64,000 bases of DNA, from NCBI GenBank assembly GCA_010405405.1, contig MU004230.1:1150627-1214626 (forward strand). Direction: 5' to 3'. Shown here piece by piece: positions 1-11,347 of this stretch. Each line of letters starts with the position of its first letter. Positions within the stretch are counted from its first letter, which is position 1. A model generated the notes under the pieces. The model was not told where the DNA came from, did no database searches, and was given only the letters and a program-made list of their open reading frames with translations. Made by a program: the position numbers and the translations under genes. The DNA is from Microthyrium microscopicum (Eukaryota).

Positions 1-172
1 CAGGATCGTATGTGAGCAATGCGCCGCATTGAATCAGCCTATCTTCCAGGTCGTGTAAATCATCTGTTGAGATATCATCTGCTACGATGAATACTGGTGG
101 TAGCTCAGATAAGTCTAGTTCATGCTTCTCATCTGGCGCTGGTGATGAGCTAAAGCCACGCGTGGAAGGCAT
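1..172 (-). CDS. 5' end of a family X DNA polymerase (Pol lambda/mu-like, BRCT-type N-terminus); runs off the window edge
   Basis: Manual translation from ATG at 172: MPSTRGFSSSPAPDEKHELDLSELPPVFIVADDISTDDLHDLEDRLIQCGALLTYDP. It resembles the LDLS.LPP.F....LH.LE..L...GA.LTYD start recalled from fungal PolX proteins. Not in the ORF track. Confidence 0.6.
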   Translation of the reverse strand, partial: MPSTRGFSSSPAPDEKHELDLSELPPVFIVADDISTDDLHDLEDRLIQCGALLTYDP

Positions 173-544
173 CTTGAGATTTATCCAAAAAACCGCGATG
201 CCGACACGCAAGCTAGGTATGACGCGTATCGTATATAATGTCCAGAAGTGCGCCTTAACAGTCTGTGGGATGAGCAACTAGTATAGTCGATATATAAGTC
301 GCGATTACCTATTTTGGTAGTGATAAGGGTATGTGCTCTGGTGGTATCATTTGTTCGTTAGTGGTCCAGTATCCAATCTGACATTGTCATTGAGGCTCAA
401 AGTAATGAATATAATCATTTCCTCGATCTTCACACGTCTCCATTCCTGTGACCAATTGACAAAAGGATGACGGAGCCAAGCTGCGATTTGAGCTCAGGTC
501 AGGTCAAGTGAAAGCTTTCGGAAAGATATCAGTGAGCCTTGTGC

Positions 545-583
545 TGAGGTAATAAGGTGAGGTAATAAGGTGAGGTAAAAAGG
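545..583. repeat. 13-bp tandem repeat x3 (TGAGGTAATAAGG)
   Basis: tgaggtaataagg tgaggtaataagg tgaggtaaaaagg in the divergent intergenic region. Confidence 0.85.
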
Positions 584-829
584 TATATTTCGTCTAGAGA
601 TGATGAAGAATGCAGGATGGGGAAGTGGGAAAGAGGTACCTGTGATGAAGTGAAGTCATGGAAAACCAGGATTCATTATAGGCGAGGTTCAATACCCCGC
701 CCAGCCACGATATGCAAATGGGAAGGTCACCTGTTTCGTCCCAAGAATCGTATGTCTTCTACTCATCTTGCATCCAACCTCTAAGCTTTCGGCAACATTC
801 GCCATAAACTGTAATCTGCTGAAAGAGGC

Positions 830-2203
830 ATGTTTAACATCAATTTCAATCCTTCCAAATGGATACCAAACTTTGGCTCCGCTGCCACTACGGTGATTAA
901 GCTACCCTCTGTGGCAATTGATGACATCGAGACATCGACGGACAGAGTTGCTAGGCGACTGAAGCATCTCATCTTGGCCAACCATGCCAACCACTCTATC
1001 CTATATCATAAACTGGAATTTCACAATCACACGGCACATGTAAATGGTCCGTCAAACTGTTTTATTGCTGTCCAGCTTACCTATTGTCAAGGCCTTGGGC
1101 GCTGCGTATTTGCTAGGAGGAACGGCAGAACATCTTACGGATATATACGATGAAGAGATCAGAGAGCTAGAGTCCTGGGAAGACGCACCTGGTGAAATCA
1201 GTGCCGACGACTGGAGAGACTACCTAGGCAAGAAAGAGTACGCATCCTCTTGAGTTAAGGACTAGTACTGACAGGTCAGATATCAACGGGCCTATGTTGA
1301 CTTCTTTGAAGACCAAATGGTCACACATTCTTATCACTGGAAAGAGCTCATCCAAGAGTACCTATTCGAAGGCGAAAAGCCGTTGGTCAACAATCTGATA
1401 TCAGGTCGTAAGTTGACATTTCGGACGTTTACGCCTCAGCTGCTCATTACCTAGTCGCCCACAGCATGATACATACTGGCTATGCTCTAGAACTAGACTC
1501 CAAGACACTGGCTATCGAAGCTCTAGCCATGAGTTGCTGCTGTTATAATTTTATGCACAAATATCTAGATGACCCAACATACAGCCAACGCACCTCAACC
1601 CAGCCACCATCCTCACTACTCAACATAATGCATAAGATAAGAGAGGATAAACGATTCGATGAGTCGCAGAGCACACCCGGCGAATTTGACCTCGAAAAGC
1701 TTTTTGCATCACGCGAAGATGAGATTTTGGAATACTGGAACGCATGGGATCTGAGCGACCCAACCGCGCAATTCCAAGAATCACAACGTGTCGCTGCCGC
1801 TCTCGTCGCCGGTTCAAGTCCACGCGAAGGAGACTACAATTTCTTCTCCGCACATGTTCTTACCAGCTCCCACGCAGTCCGCGTCCTCCTGCCTCTTGTG
1901 CCAGCGCAACATCAGCTCTCGCTGGTCCGCCAATGGGCATTGTTAACCATCGCTGTGTACATTCTACAAGGCCGGCCACCAATTTCGACCGAAATGATCT
2001 GTAATTTAGATGTGGGCACGTCGAAGTGGAAGCATGTGAGACATTTGGCGTTGAATGGTAAAGGAGCGCTTGATGCACATTATGTCAAGGTTTTGAGGGC
2101 GCTGGTGGTGGCGGGCCAAACTTGGGGGGATGAGGATGAGCTGTTCTTGAAGGCGGCGATCAGGTTCGGGGAGGGATGGGATAATTGGAGATATGAGAAG
2201 TAG
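830..2203 (+). CDS. Questin oxidase-like / MGS207 (HypA-like) oxidoreductase, 4 exons
   Basis: Introns 1040-1091, 1238-1279 and one near 1407-1454 join the ORF pieces into one protein with FHNHTAH..ALG, YQRAYVDFFED, HSMIHTGYALE, NFFSAHVLTSSHA and DAHYVK motifs typical of the family. Confidence 0.8.
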
Positions 2204-3751
2204 TGAAGACTGAGCGCGGAGAGAAACCGCGGGATCAGTAAAGAACGGGTGGCAAGAGTTTAGTTGCGGGAAGATCGGACTCGAGATGGTGGCATGGCAA
2301 TCCCTAACTCCAGTCGTTATAACTTATGGTTTCCTTCACTGTTAGTTAGCATGTTGAAGTTCAAGTCGTCCATCACAAGTTGAAAGAAAACCCGATAGCT
2401 CACTTGTTGATATAATTCTACTCACCATCAACGATATGATATTCTGATACGTACATTCTTGACAGGTACTTAAGAGTCATGTCAGGTACAAAAACTACCG
2501 GCTGGCCGTCATGCACAAGAGAGTTATGTACCAAGCTAGATATCCCGTTATGCAGCCTATAGAAAGCTTAAGCTTGCTGAGTGATCATGTCATATCATCA
2601 TATGCATGCGGATCCAGCCGGGAGGAGGAGAGCTCAGCTGCCGCATTATACTATTCGAGGCAACGAAGAGAAACGTACGATAGAGACAGGGACTTAAAGA
2701 GCTGCCGGGGCCCCAAATGCATCCTCTTCACCTCCTCCCGAATTTTCCTATCACGTAGGGCCGACGATCTTTGAATCTTCAGAATCAAGATTGATACCAA
2801 GTAACACGATACAAGCATTCCGCCAAGGCGATAGCTCCCCATCCCTACAAAGCACAAGGTCGCAGACCAGTTACCGCTCCCTCAAGCTGCGGCTCAACAG
2901 CGTACTAGTCTCACGAACAATCCGTCATCCGTCCGCATCCAGAAAAGGTGTCACGCTGGATCCTATCAAAGACCGCCAAGATTGGACTAGTTGTGGCCAA
3001 AAAAACCGGATCCACTCAGAATAGGAATCTGTGGGTGGCGCAAAGGAAATTTCCAGGTTGATCGGCAGAGGGGCGTACAGTACCGAATTGTCAAAGTGCC
3101 ATCATTTGTCGCAGTAATTTGTCGATATCAGGTTATCAACCTTGGAAAAACAGCTAGGAATTGGGCTTAGATCTCGATTGTCCATGCTGTCTGGTGTCAG
3201 ACTACTACAAGAAAGTGCTCAAACTTGAAATAAAGTACAAAGTGGTGGTTTGTGACAAGATCAGAAACAGAGGGTTGGTACGTCACAGTTTAGCCAATGC
3301 CAAGACTGGCAAGTCCATTGTTGACACTTGACACAGCTCCGGTTGACAGGCGTTGCTCTCTCGCAGATTCCCAGCGCTCCCAGCAAAATTGCGACCCAAT
3401 ATCGACCCCCCGACTGAAAAAAGCCCGCACTCTGTACTCTTCCGTACTTTAACGCCGCAAGCCTGTGCCTGTCCAGCCTCTGACGATTCTCGGTTTATTT
3501 CAAGGAACCAAGATTGTCCCAGCCTGTCAACGCCTCAAGTTGTCACAGCGCCCTGTTCGCCCGCTTAGTTAACTGGCACCTGGCGCCTTCGACCAACGAA
3601 TCCACCAACCTTTCCCTTTTCCTCTCCATCATCACCTTCATCCTAAAATCCCGATAATTCTTCTGGTCTAATTGCCTTTGACAGTCTCTACTGAGGTTGT
3701 CAACCAATCCCTATACTCAATTGCCTGTCTTGATTTTCATGATACCCTAAA

Positions 3752-6700
3752 ATGTCGTCCCTCAAGAAAGCACTTCACAAAATACGGCACCCTTCAGTCT
3801 CCGGCGACACTTCTCCCAAAGACTCCAATGATGCCGCCACCAGCGAGGTTTCCTCCGTCACGAGCGCCCCCGTCATTGGTAACGGCACCAACACTTCTCG
3901 ATCTAACAGCGTGAGAAAAGCCAAAACCGATGTCTTCCCTGAAAATGGCTCTCCACGTTCCAGTGGTGTGTTCAGCAGAGGTCGAATTGGCTCAACCAAG
4001 GAACGTACCCATACCCACAGCCCCATTCGCGCCGTCAAGGAGAAGCTTGGTCTTGTCACCAGCGACTCGAGCGACGACGGAACCGTTCCGCTCAATCGAG
4101 ATGGCGAAAAGGCTAGCAAGAATCAAATGCGAAAGTTTGAAAAACAAGCCGATCAAGAACGACGGGCCGAGGCTCAAAGAGAAAAGGATCGTGAACTTGA
4201 GGAAAAGAAGCACCAAATGGAAGAGGAGGCAGAAAAGGAAGAAACTCCTGAGCAGAAAGCAATGTATGGAGTTTTGCCAATCAACAATTACTCTGGAGTA
4301 GAGAAGCGCGAGCCACGACTCTTACTGGAGAACATTGAAAGCTCAATGATTGGAAAAGAGGTTGTATTCCGAGCGCGAGTTCACTCAATGCGCAAGATGA
4401 GCGCCAAGCTAGCCTTCTTCCTCCTTCGTCAAAGCACTCGTTCAATCCAAGGCGTTTTACAACAACATGGAGACGTAACAAAATACTTTATGTACTGGGC
4501 TGAGAGACTAGACGTCGAAACTGTTGTTCTAGTCCGAGGCATTGTTCAGGAACCAAAAGCAAAAGAAGGCAAGGTTCTCGGTGCCCATGTTCATGATTTC
4601 GAAATCATGATCACTGACATGCACGTCGAGGGCAAAGTCACAAATGCTCTACCATATACAGTCCAGGAAGACGAAGTCAATCCCAAAATGTCAACTGATG
4701 GGTCCGACCCTCGGGCTGCCGTGTCACAACGAGTTCGAATGGCCAATCGTGTTATTGATTTACGTACCAACTTCTCGCAAGCCATCTTCCGAATTCAGTC
4801 CGGGCTCTGCTATGGCTTCCGAAGCTATTTGGATGAGGCAGGATTTGTTGAAATTCATACTCCAAAATTGCAAGGTGGAGCCACTGAGTCTGGAGCAAGT
4901 GTTTTCAAAGTCGACTATTTTGGTCGAGGTGCCTTCCTAGCACAAAGTCCTCAGTTGGCCAAGCAAATGAGCATATCTGCCGACTTTGGCAAAGTGTACG
5001 AAATTGGTGCTGTATTCCGAGCAGAAAACAGCAACACCCATCGCCATCTTACAGAGTATACTGGTCTAGATCTGGAAATGGCCATTGACGAGCATTATCA
5101 TGAAGTTTTGCGTGTGCTTGATGCTACATTCAAGTCCATGTTCAAGGGCATCTACGAAAAATACCGCCATGAGATTGACATTGTCAAGACACACTTCCCT
5201 CATGAGGATTTAATCTGGCTGGATAAAACTCCTATCCTGCCGTTTGCGGAAGCTATCCAGATGCTCAACGAAACCGGCTGGCGAGATGAGCACGGCAATC
5301 CTCTACCACTCGACGAAGATCTTGGAACAAGAGATGAGATTCAACTCGGAAAGGTTGTGAAAGAAAAGTATGGCACCGACTACTACGTTTTGGACAAATT
5401 TCCCATCTCTGCGCGACCATTCTACGCTATGCCAGACCCTACCAATCCGCTCGTCACCAACTCATTCGATATCTTTCTTCGTGGTCAAGAAATTCTATCT
5501 GGTGGACAACGTATTCACGATGCTGAAATGCTGCTTAAGCGGTTATCGGATGCAAATGTCGACCCGCGATCAATGGAAGAATACATCCAAGGCTTTGAGT
5601 GGGGTTGCCCTCCTCACGGCGGTGGTGGTATTGGTCTCGAACGTATGCTCATGTTGTTGCTGAATCTCGGCGACATCCGCAATGCTTCCCTATTCCATCG
5701 TGATCCTCGATCCTTCCCTGCGAGACCAGCAATGGTCCAGCTCAGACATCCAGAAGCAAGCACCATGCATCCACCATGGGAAGGCAAGGACCGTGTTACT
5801 GCTGGAGAAGACTTCCAGCCACTCGAAAAGCTCATTGCCAACTATGGAGATGCTTCGAATACATCCTGGTTGGAACCACGCACCAAGATCTGGCGAGACC
5901 CATTTACTGGAGCTGCTGTTGGTTATGCTAATCAAGATGGATTCGCAATCATTGTTGGCGATCCCCTTTGTCATGAGTCTCAGTATACTAAGACTATCGC
6001 TGGCTTCTTGAAACATGTCAAGAAGGAGGAGGGTCTAAAACCATTGTGGCTACTTGTTGGTCAGCCTGTAGAAGAAGTTTTGGCTGATCGCTTCAACTGG
6101 CGAACATTCTCGGTGACCGCCGGACAACGCCTCAATCCAGCAAACGCAACGAATCTTGACGCAGAGGTTATGCGCAAGATTCGCCACGCAGAGAAAGAAG
6201 GTGTCAAGGCTATCGACATTCCACTTGGCAAAGCTGTACCCGACGAGGTGAAAGAGAAGGTTGATGCCCGTGTCAAGGACTGGCTGGCCGGCCGCAAAGG
6301 CAAACAAGTGCATTTGACCAACATCCATCCATGGCAAGATCAGGAACATCGTCAATACCATTACACAGTCGACAAGGAGGGTACCATTGGAGCTCTCGTA
6401 GTCTTTGCTCAACTCAGCCCTGAGCATGGTTTCCAGATCAAATACTCCATGGACTTCCCAGGTGCTCCCAGTGGAAGCATTGAGTTCCTCATCACCCATT
6501 CGCTCAAGCGTCTTGCAGCTGATGGTGTAACGAACTGCACATTCGGCGATGGTGCAGCTCACCACTTGACTCCTGGCCACAACATGAACAGCACCAAGGT
6601 CAAGATGCTAGGCAAAGCATACTCCGCAATTGTTAATGAGCTAAAATTGACAAACAAGAGCGAGTTTCGTGAAAAGTTGGGTGCGAAGGACGATCCCATG

Positions 6701-6775
6701 TATATTTGTTACCCTGCGCATGGTCTGGGACCAATGGCAGTTAAAGCGCTGTTATCATTCTTCGAGGATCCTTAG
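3752..6775 (+). CDS. erdS: Aspartyl-tRNA synthetase fused to a C-terminal DUF2156 aminoacyl-transferase (ergosteryl-3beta-O-L-aspartate synthase), 1007 aa, intronless
   Basis: OB-fold (VVFRARVH), class II AspRS motifs (IHTPKL, LAQSPQLAKQ, VFRAENSNTHRHLTEY, EILSGGQRIH, PPHGGGGIGLER), then about 350 aa with LIANYGDASNTSW, IIVGDPLC, APSGSIEFLI and FREKLG typical of DUF2156/GNAT transferases. Confidence 0.9.
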   Translation: MSSLKKALHKIRHPSVSGDTSPKDSNDAATSEVSSVTSAPVIGNGTNTSRSNSVRKAKTDVFPENGSPRSSGVFSRGRIGSTKERTHTHSPIRAVKEKLGLVTSDSSDDGTVPLNRDGEKASKNQMRKFEKQADQERRAEAQREKDRELEEKKHQMEEEAEKEETPEQKAMYGVLPINNYSGVEKREPRLLLENIESSMIGKEVVFRARVHSMRKMSAKLAFFLLRQSTRSIQGVLQQHGDVTKYFMYWAERLDVETVVLVRGIVQEPKAKEGKVLGAHVHDFEIMITDMHVEGKVTNALPYTVQEDEVNPKMSTDGSDPRAAVSQRVRMANRVIDLRTNFSQAIFRIQSGLCYGFRSYLDEAGFVEIHTPKLQGGATESGASVFKVDYFGRGAFLAQSPQLAKQMSISADFGKVYEIGAVFRAENSNTHRHLTEYTGLDLEMAIDEHYHEVLRVLDATFKSMFKGIYEKYRHEIDIVKTHFPHEDLIWLDKTPILPFAEAIQMLNETGWRDEHGNPLPLDEDLGTRDEIQLGKVVKEKYGTDYYVLDKFPISARPFYAMPDPTNPLVTNSFDIFLRGQEILSGGQRIHDAEMLLKRLSDANVDPRSMEEYIQGFEWGCPPHGGGGIGLERMLMLLLNLGDIRNASLFHRDPRSFPARPAMVQLRHPEASTMHPPWEGKDRVTAGEDFQPLEKLIANYGDASNTSWLEPRTKIWRDPFTGAAVGYANQDGFAIIVGDPLCHESQYTKTIAGFLKHVKKEEGLKPLWLLVGQPVEEVLADRFNWRTFSVTAGQRLNPANATNLDAEVMRKIRHAEKEGVKAIDIPLGKAVPDEVKEKVDARVKDWLAGRKGKQVHLTNIHPWQDQEHRQYHYTVDKEGTIGALVVFAQLSPEHGFQIKYSMDFPGAPSGSIEFLITHSLKRLAADGVTNCTFGDGAAHHLTPGHNMNSTKVKMLGKAYSAIVNELKLTNKSEFREKLGAKDDPMYICYPAHGLGPMAVKALLSFFEDP

Positions 6776-7177
6776 AGGTAGTCTAAAAGGAAATGAAATT
6801 GCCGGTGGTTGAAGTTGTAAAAAGGCTAGAAAAGGTATTTTCTTTTTCGTGTTGATATCCAGACTTGCTGGGTTTTGGGCAGGTTACTGTTAGGATGATA
6901 CTCTATGTAGCGTAGACCGATAATACTATTCTGTACGTTTAGCTTGAATTCAAAGCTCGTTATCTAGTGACTAAAGAAATGATGGTCTTCGAAAAAATAC
7001 ACAACGTGTCTGGAGTTGGTGTAGATCTTGCTGAACCACGGCCATTGTGATTGGCTCTTTTTGTTTGATATTTCCCCAGCTTCATTTCATGCTAGAGTAC
7101 TCTCCAGGCGCCAGTACCCATCAATCCACCATAATTTCCTAGTATGAGCTTGGGAAATTTTCAAGAATGATCATACG

Positions 7178-9955
7178 ATGGATTTCTGGTCACGACTGAT
7201 CGGAGGAGCTCGCCTTGGTGATGGAAAGGCATCTGCAGCTTCGAATCCCCAGCAACGACTCCAACGGTTCCGACGGCATTTCGAACAGATCCGAGTATAC
7301 TAAATGGAGTTCTTGTCGATGGGTTCTTGCTAATACTAGATCTAGAGTACCTACGATAAAACTCCCCTCCTTCAGTCCGATTCTGCGGCCGCTGAGTCCA
7401 TCCGCTCTAACCTTTCACGCCTCACCACAATCCTTCAAGATGAATCGCGAGCGCCCCAACCACACACCTGCCTATCCTTTGTCGACTCCGCCAACCTCTA
7501 CACCACCATCGGCCGTATCGGCGCCGTCGCCCAAAATGAAGGCATCATTCGTGAAGCCGCTGCGTTCTTCTCCGTCCTCGTCGACAGCGACGATGAAGAA
7601 TTTCTGTCCAACCGCCGATTCGCGCGCGCACTCATGACATTTGTGGACCGCACCTGTGGTTCCGGGAATCTCTATGTTGGTGAAGAGACAGAAGGCGAGA
7701 TCATCGAGCTACTCTTTGGCATCGCGGCCAAGATACGGCTAGAGCCACAACTGCTGAACGTGTGGTTTTCAACGAGCGGCGCGCGAGCGCCTGTCGCGGG
7801 CGATCAGGGGTTACAGAATGCATTTGTGGGAGTTACGTCTAAAGAGGACTTTCCGCTATGCTATCAGCTCATTGACCATGTGCACCATGAAGGTCGGATG
7901 GGAGATTTTGCGCGCACAGGACTGCTATATGTGTTTGAGACGGCGTCGCGGTCGCAAGCGCTGGAGCAGTGGATTATTGAGAGTGATCTACCGACACTGA
8001 TGGCTAGTGGGCTGGGCGCGCTATACAGCCAGTTGAGTAGGAAGCTGTCCATCATACATCCCCAAAGAAGCCTCCCGGTCATATTGCAGCTGTCGGATTA
8101 TCTATCTTTGGCTCCACCGGTGGAAGCGGAGAGCTTATTTTCGGAATATCTGCAGGGTCATTTGGAGACTTTTCTGTCTTATTTGACGTTTTGGCAGGAT
8201 GTTTTGGAGCATTGCACTTCTGCGGATGTCAAACAGACGCTGCTGGATCATTTCCAGATTCTATTTTTGCAGCAGCTCTTATATCCATCTCTACTGGAAT
8301 CTTCGGATGTAGATGGAGGCTCTTCAGTAGCGGTGCTGACATATGTTCGGCAAATACTAGTAACATTGGATCATCCAGAATTCGTTCACCTGGTATTACA
8401 ATACCTCTTAGCATTACCGCAAGAAGTCGGGATGGAGATGTCGGTTGTCTCACTGTCACATTATGCGGCCAACAAGCGGAAATCGCTGTTATTATTGGCC
8501 AAAACGACAAATGAAGAAGACGATGCCAGCCCGGATCTATTCAATCTGGCTGATTTAGTCCAAAGCAGCATTCGGTCGAGTAATGTACAGACTACAATTG
8601 CTGCTTTGAAGCTCATGACCATACTGCTACACAAAGATCACAAGTACGCTCTCAATTCGATTATCAACACCGAACGACCACTCCAGGAAAGCACTCAAAG
8701 AACGTATGGTGGCCTCAATGCGGAAGTTCAAGCATATATTACCGTAGCTGAGGACATTGCTGGCGAGACTGGTCTTGACGAAGCCTATGAGAGCCACGTC
8801 AAAGATGCCCAACGACATGTAGAGCTTCACTGCTGCTCAACTCCTCTCCTGACCTTAGAAAGTCTTGGAATACCATCTATGAATGCACTCTCCAACGCAA
8901 ATGCAAGTAACGCTACAAATGCTCCACCACACGCTCTCCAACATGGCGACCTCTTCATCACCCAAATACTCTCGCTTGTCGAAAACTTCCTCACCAACAA
9001 CGTCGAGCTCAACCTGAGTCTGACCGAAGTCATCCTCACTCTCGCATCTTGCCCCCAACTTCGCCTGGAAGACTGGGCCGCCGTTGATCCACAGCAGTAC
9101 CACTTCACCGAATCTGCCCCAGCCAACGACGATGGCGATCTCACTGATCTCCAACGTCTTCAACTTGCGCGCCGCCAACCCACTTGGTCGCCGAAAGCAA
9201 CTCCCCTCCTGCTCAATACCTTCCACCGCCTCGCTACCAACCTTACATCCCTCCGCCCCCTTTTCCCCTCCCTCTCGCAGCTCATCAACACCCGCAAGCA
9301 AGCATTCCGCCTTCATGACGAAATCTCTGAAGCCATCATCGCCAGTCCCGCCTCCCGGCCACCTCTCCCATCTACACCTTCACGTAACGAATTCCCAGCC
9401 ACGCCAACTCCCTCGCGGTCCCTCGGTGAGGCGCTACAGTCACGCCTCTTCCCTGGACGCACCGCCGACTCTTCACCCAGATCCGACTCACCAAGAGGAC
9501 TTTCGCCGCGAGGACGCACGCCTGCCCGTCCAGACCTGCGCGTTGGTCCAACAAGTTCGCCAAGCCCAGGGCAGCGCGCAGCAAGTTTCTTTGGCAGTCC
9601 AGCAGCCGGGCACGCAGGATCACCAGCAAGGACGGTGAGTGGGGAGGCAAGGCCGGTGGTTGTGGGGCATGCGCCGGAGGAGTTGTTGAGTGATATTATT
9701 GAGGGGGCAAATTCGGAGTTGTTGGGGAAGAAGATCATGTTTCCGCTCCAAAGCACTGGCAAGGTACAAGAAGGTGATGTAGCTGAAGAGTCAGAGGTGG
9801 GAGAGGAGGATGAAGAGAAGGAGACTGGACCAAAGATTGAGGTCAGTTTGAGCCATGTGTTGACGAATATTGTGATTTTACAAGAGTTTATACTCGAGCT
9901 GGCGGCGGTGATGCAGGTGCGCGCAAGCTTATTCGGGGAAGTCGTGTTTGCTTGA
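7178..9955 (+). CDS. FHIP / retinoic-acid-induced-16-like protein (Hook complex component), 2 exons
   Basis: ATG 7178 MDFWSRLIGG; intron 7295-7345 joins in frame to the 7634 ORF. Motifs GDFARTGLLY, LMASGLGALYSQLSR, LLYPSLLESSD and SHVLTNIVILQEFILELAA. Confidence 0.85.
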
Positions 9956-10151
9956 GATTTGCGCGATGGCAGCTTTGTATGCTGCTTTGATACCCATATA
10001 GAATTGAAGCTGTGCAGAAGATATCACTCGAATCTGTAAGTCTACGGATATATGCAAGAAATGGACGATATCGTGAATATCGAATCTGGGGTATATATTT
10101 GATCGATTCATACGTTCCATTTAGTTGTTGTTTCCCACATACTCTGATATT

Positions 10152-10258
10152 TTCCAGCGAATGCGAAAAGTCCCATCGAGTGCGATAATTCCCATTGAAT
10201 GCGATACTACTCATCAGGTCTAATAGGTCCCATCGAATGCGATGTCTCCCATCGTAGC
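10152..10258. repeat. Degenerate 19-bp minisatellite, about 5.5 units (consensus TCCCATCGAATGCGATNNN)
   Basis: Units start at 10152, 10171, 10190, 10209, 10228 and 10247, an exact 19-nt period. Confidence 0.75.
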
Positions 10259-11347
10259 TGAAGAATACAAACAATGGACCGCTGCTACATATCCGGGGCA
10301 GGGGATAAACAAAAGTTACAACATCAACTTGGCCATTGTTGTAACTTGTATATCCAAGTCTAACTTATTAGCACTTACGTATCGAACTATGCGGGGGTTT
10401 CAAAGTAAAAGCCTTTCGCCTTGCCAAACATTAATACTGACGAGAAAAAAGTGAAAGCACGACAGAGGTTAATATCAAAAGCTCGTCATTTGTTCCGACT
10501 TCACCCGCGACCAACCAAATGCCAGCTCCGATGGCCCGACGTTGATGCAATGGGAGCTGCAGGTCCAAGTTTAAAGGATCTGCGCATTGCTTGTCGTCCT
10601 GTTGTTGTCACCAAAATCTTTACAACTCCGTCACATGCCCTTTCCAATTCCTACTGCGCCTGGTCCAGCCCTTCACCAGTTCGCATCTCCTAAACGCGAC
10701 TGGTTGTTCGCCCTACCTGGTTCCGTTGTCGGCCCTCCAATGCTTGTGCTTTAGAGCTTGTGAGCTGAAGAGCCCAGGGGCGGAAGACCTTCACGATGAG
10801 GCTGTTGAACTGCCAAATAGTATTGATACTACACGAAGTAGAGTAGAAAGGTCGCGTGTTGAGCAAGGAACTTAGTTCGCGTGCCCAAGAGGCCTCCCTC
10901 TAGGAGTAGCAATGGCAGTAGCCGGTTGGCCGGAAACGAAAAGTATTGATCGTGGAAAAGCATACCATTACCCCGGCTGCCGCACTTAGTCTCTCTCGAC
11001 CTTGGATGCAGCTTGTCAGTTTCCACCAACCCTCCCGACCGAGGCAAAGGTTCATTTCGACCCAAGTACCGCCGGCGCACTTTTTTTTGTACTTCCGAAA
11101 CAAAATCTTGGTTCTATTCTTCTCTTCTTCTAATACATCAACTTCTTTCATTTGGCAGTGTGTCCTGTTTGGTGTTCGTTACTCTCCACTCCGTCCGTTC
11201 TTAAAGCTCCAGTCGCATCGTGAACCCCTTGTCAGCGAGCTTGTACAGCTACAAACCACAATACAATTGAACAGTCACTATTCGTTTTTGAGACTGGTGA
11301 CTTTGTCCCCTCGATCCTCGTAGCTTGGAAACGTAAAAGAAATCGCC

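Noticed and set aside
681..702. GGCGAGGTTCAATACCCCGCC resembles a tRNA T-arm / B-box
   Set aside because: No acceptor stem, D-arm or anticodon arm can be built around it
10152..10258. Periodic palindromic repeat as a CRISPR-like array
   Set aside because: Units are contiguous with no unique spacers, there are no cas genes, and the context is eukaryotic
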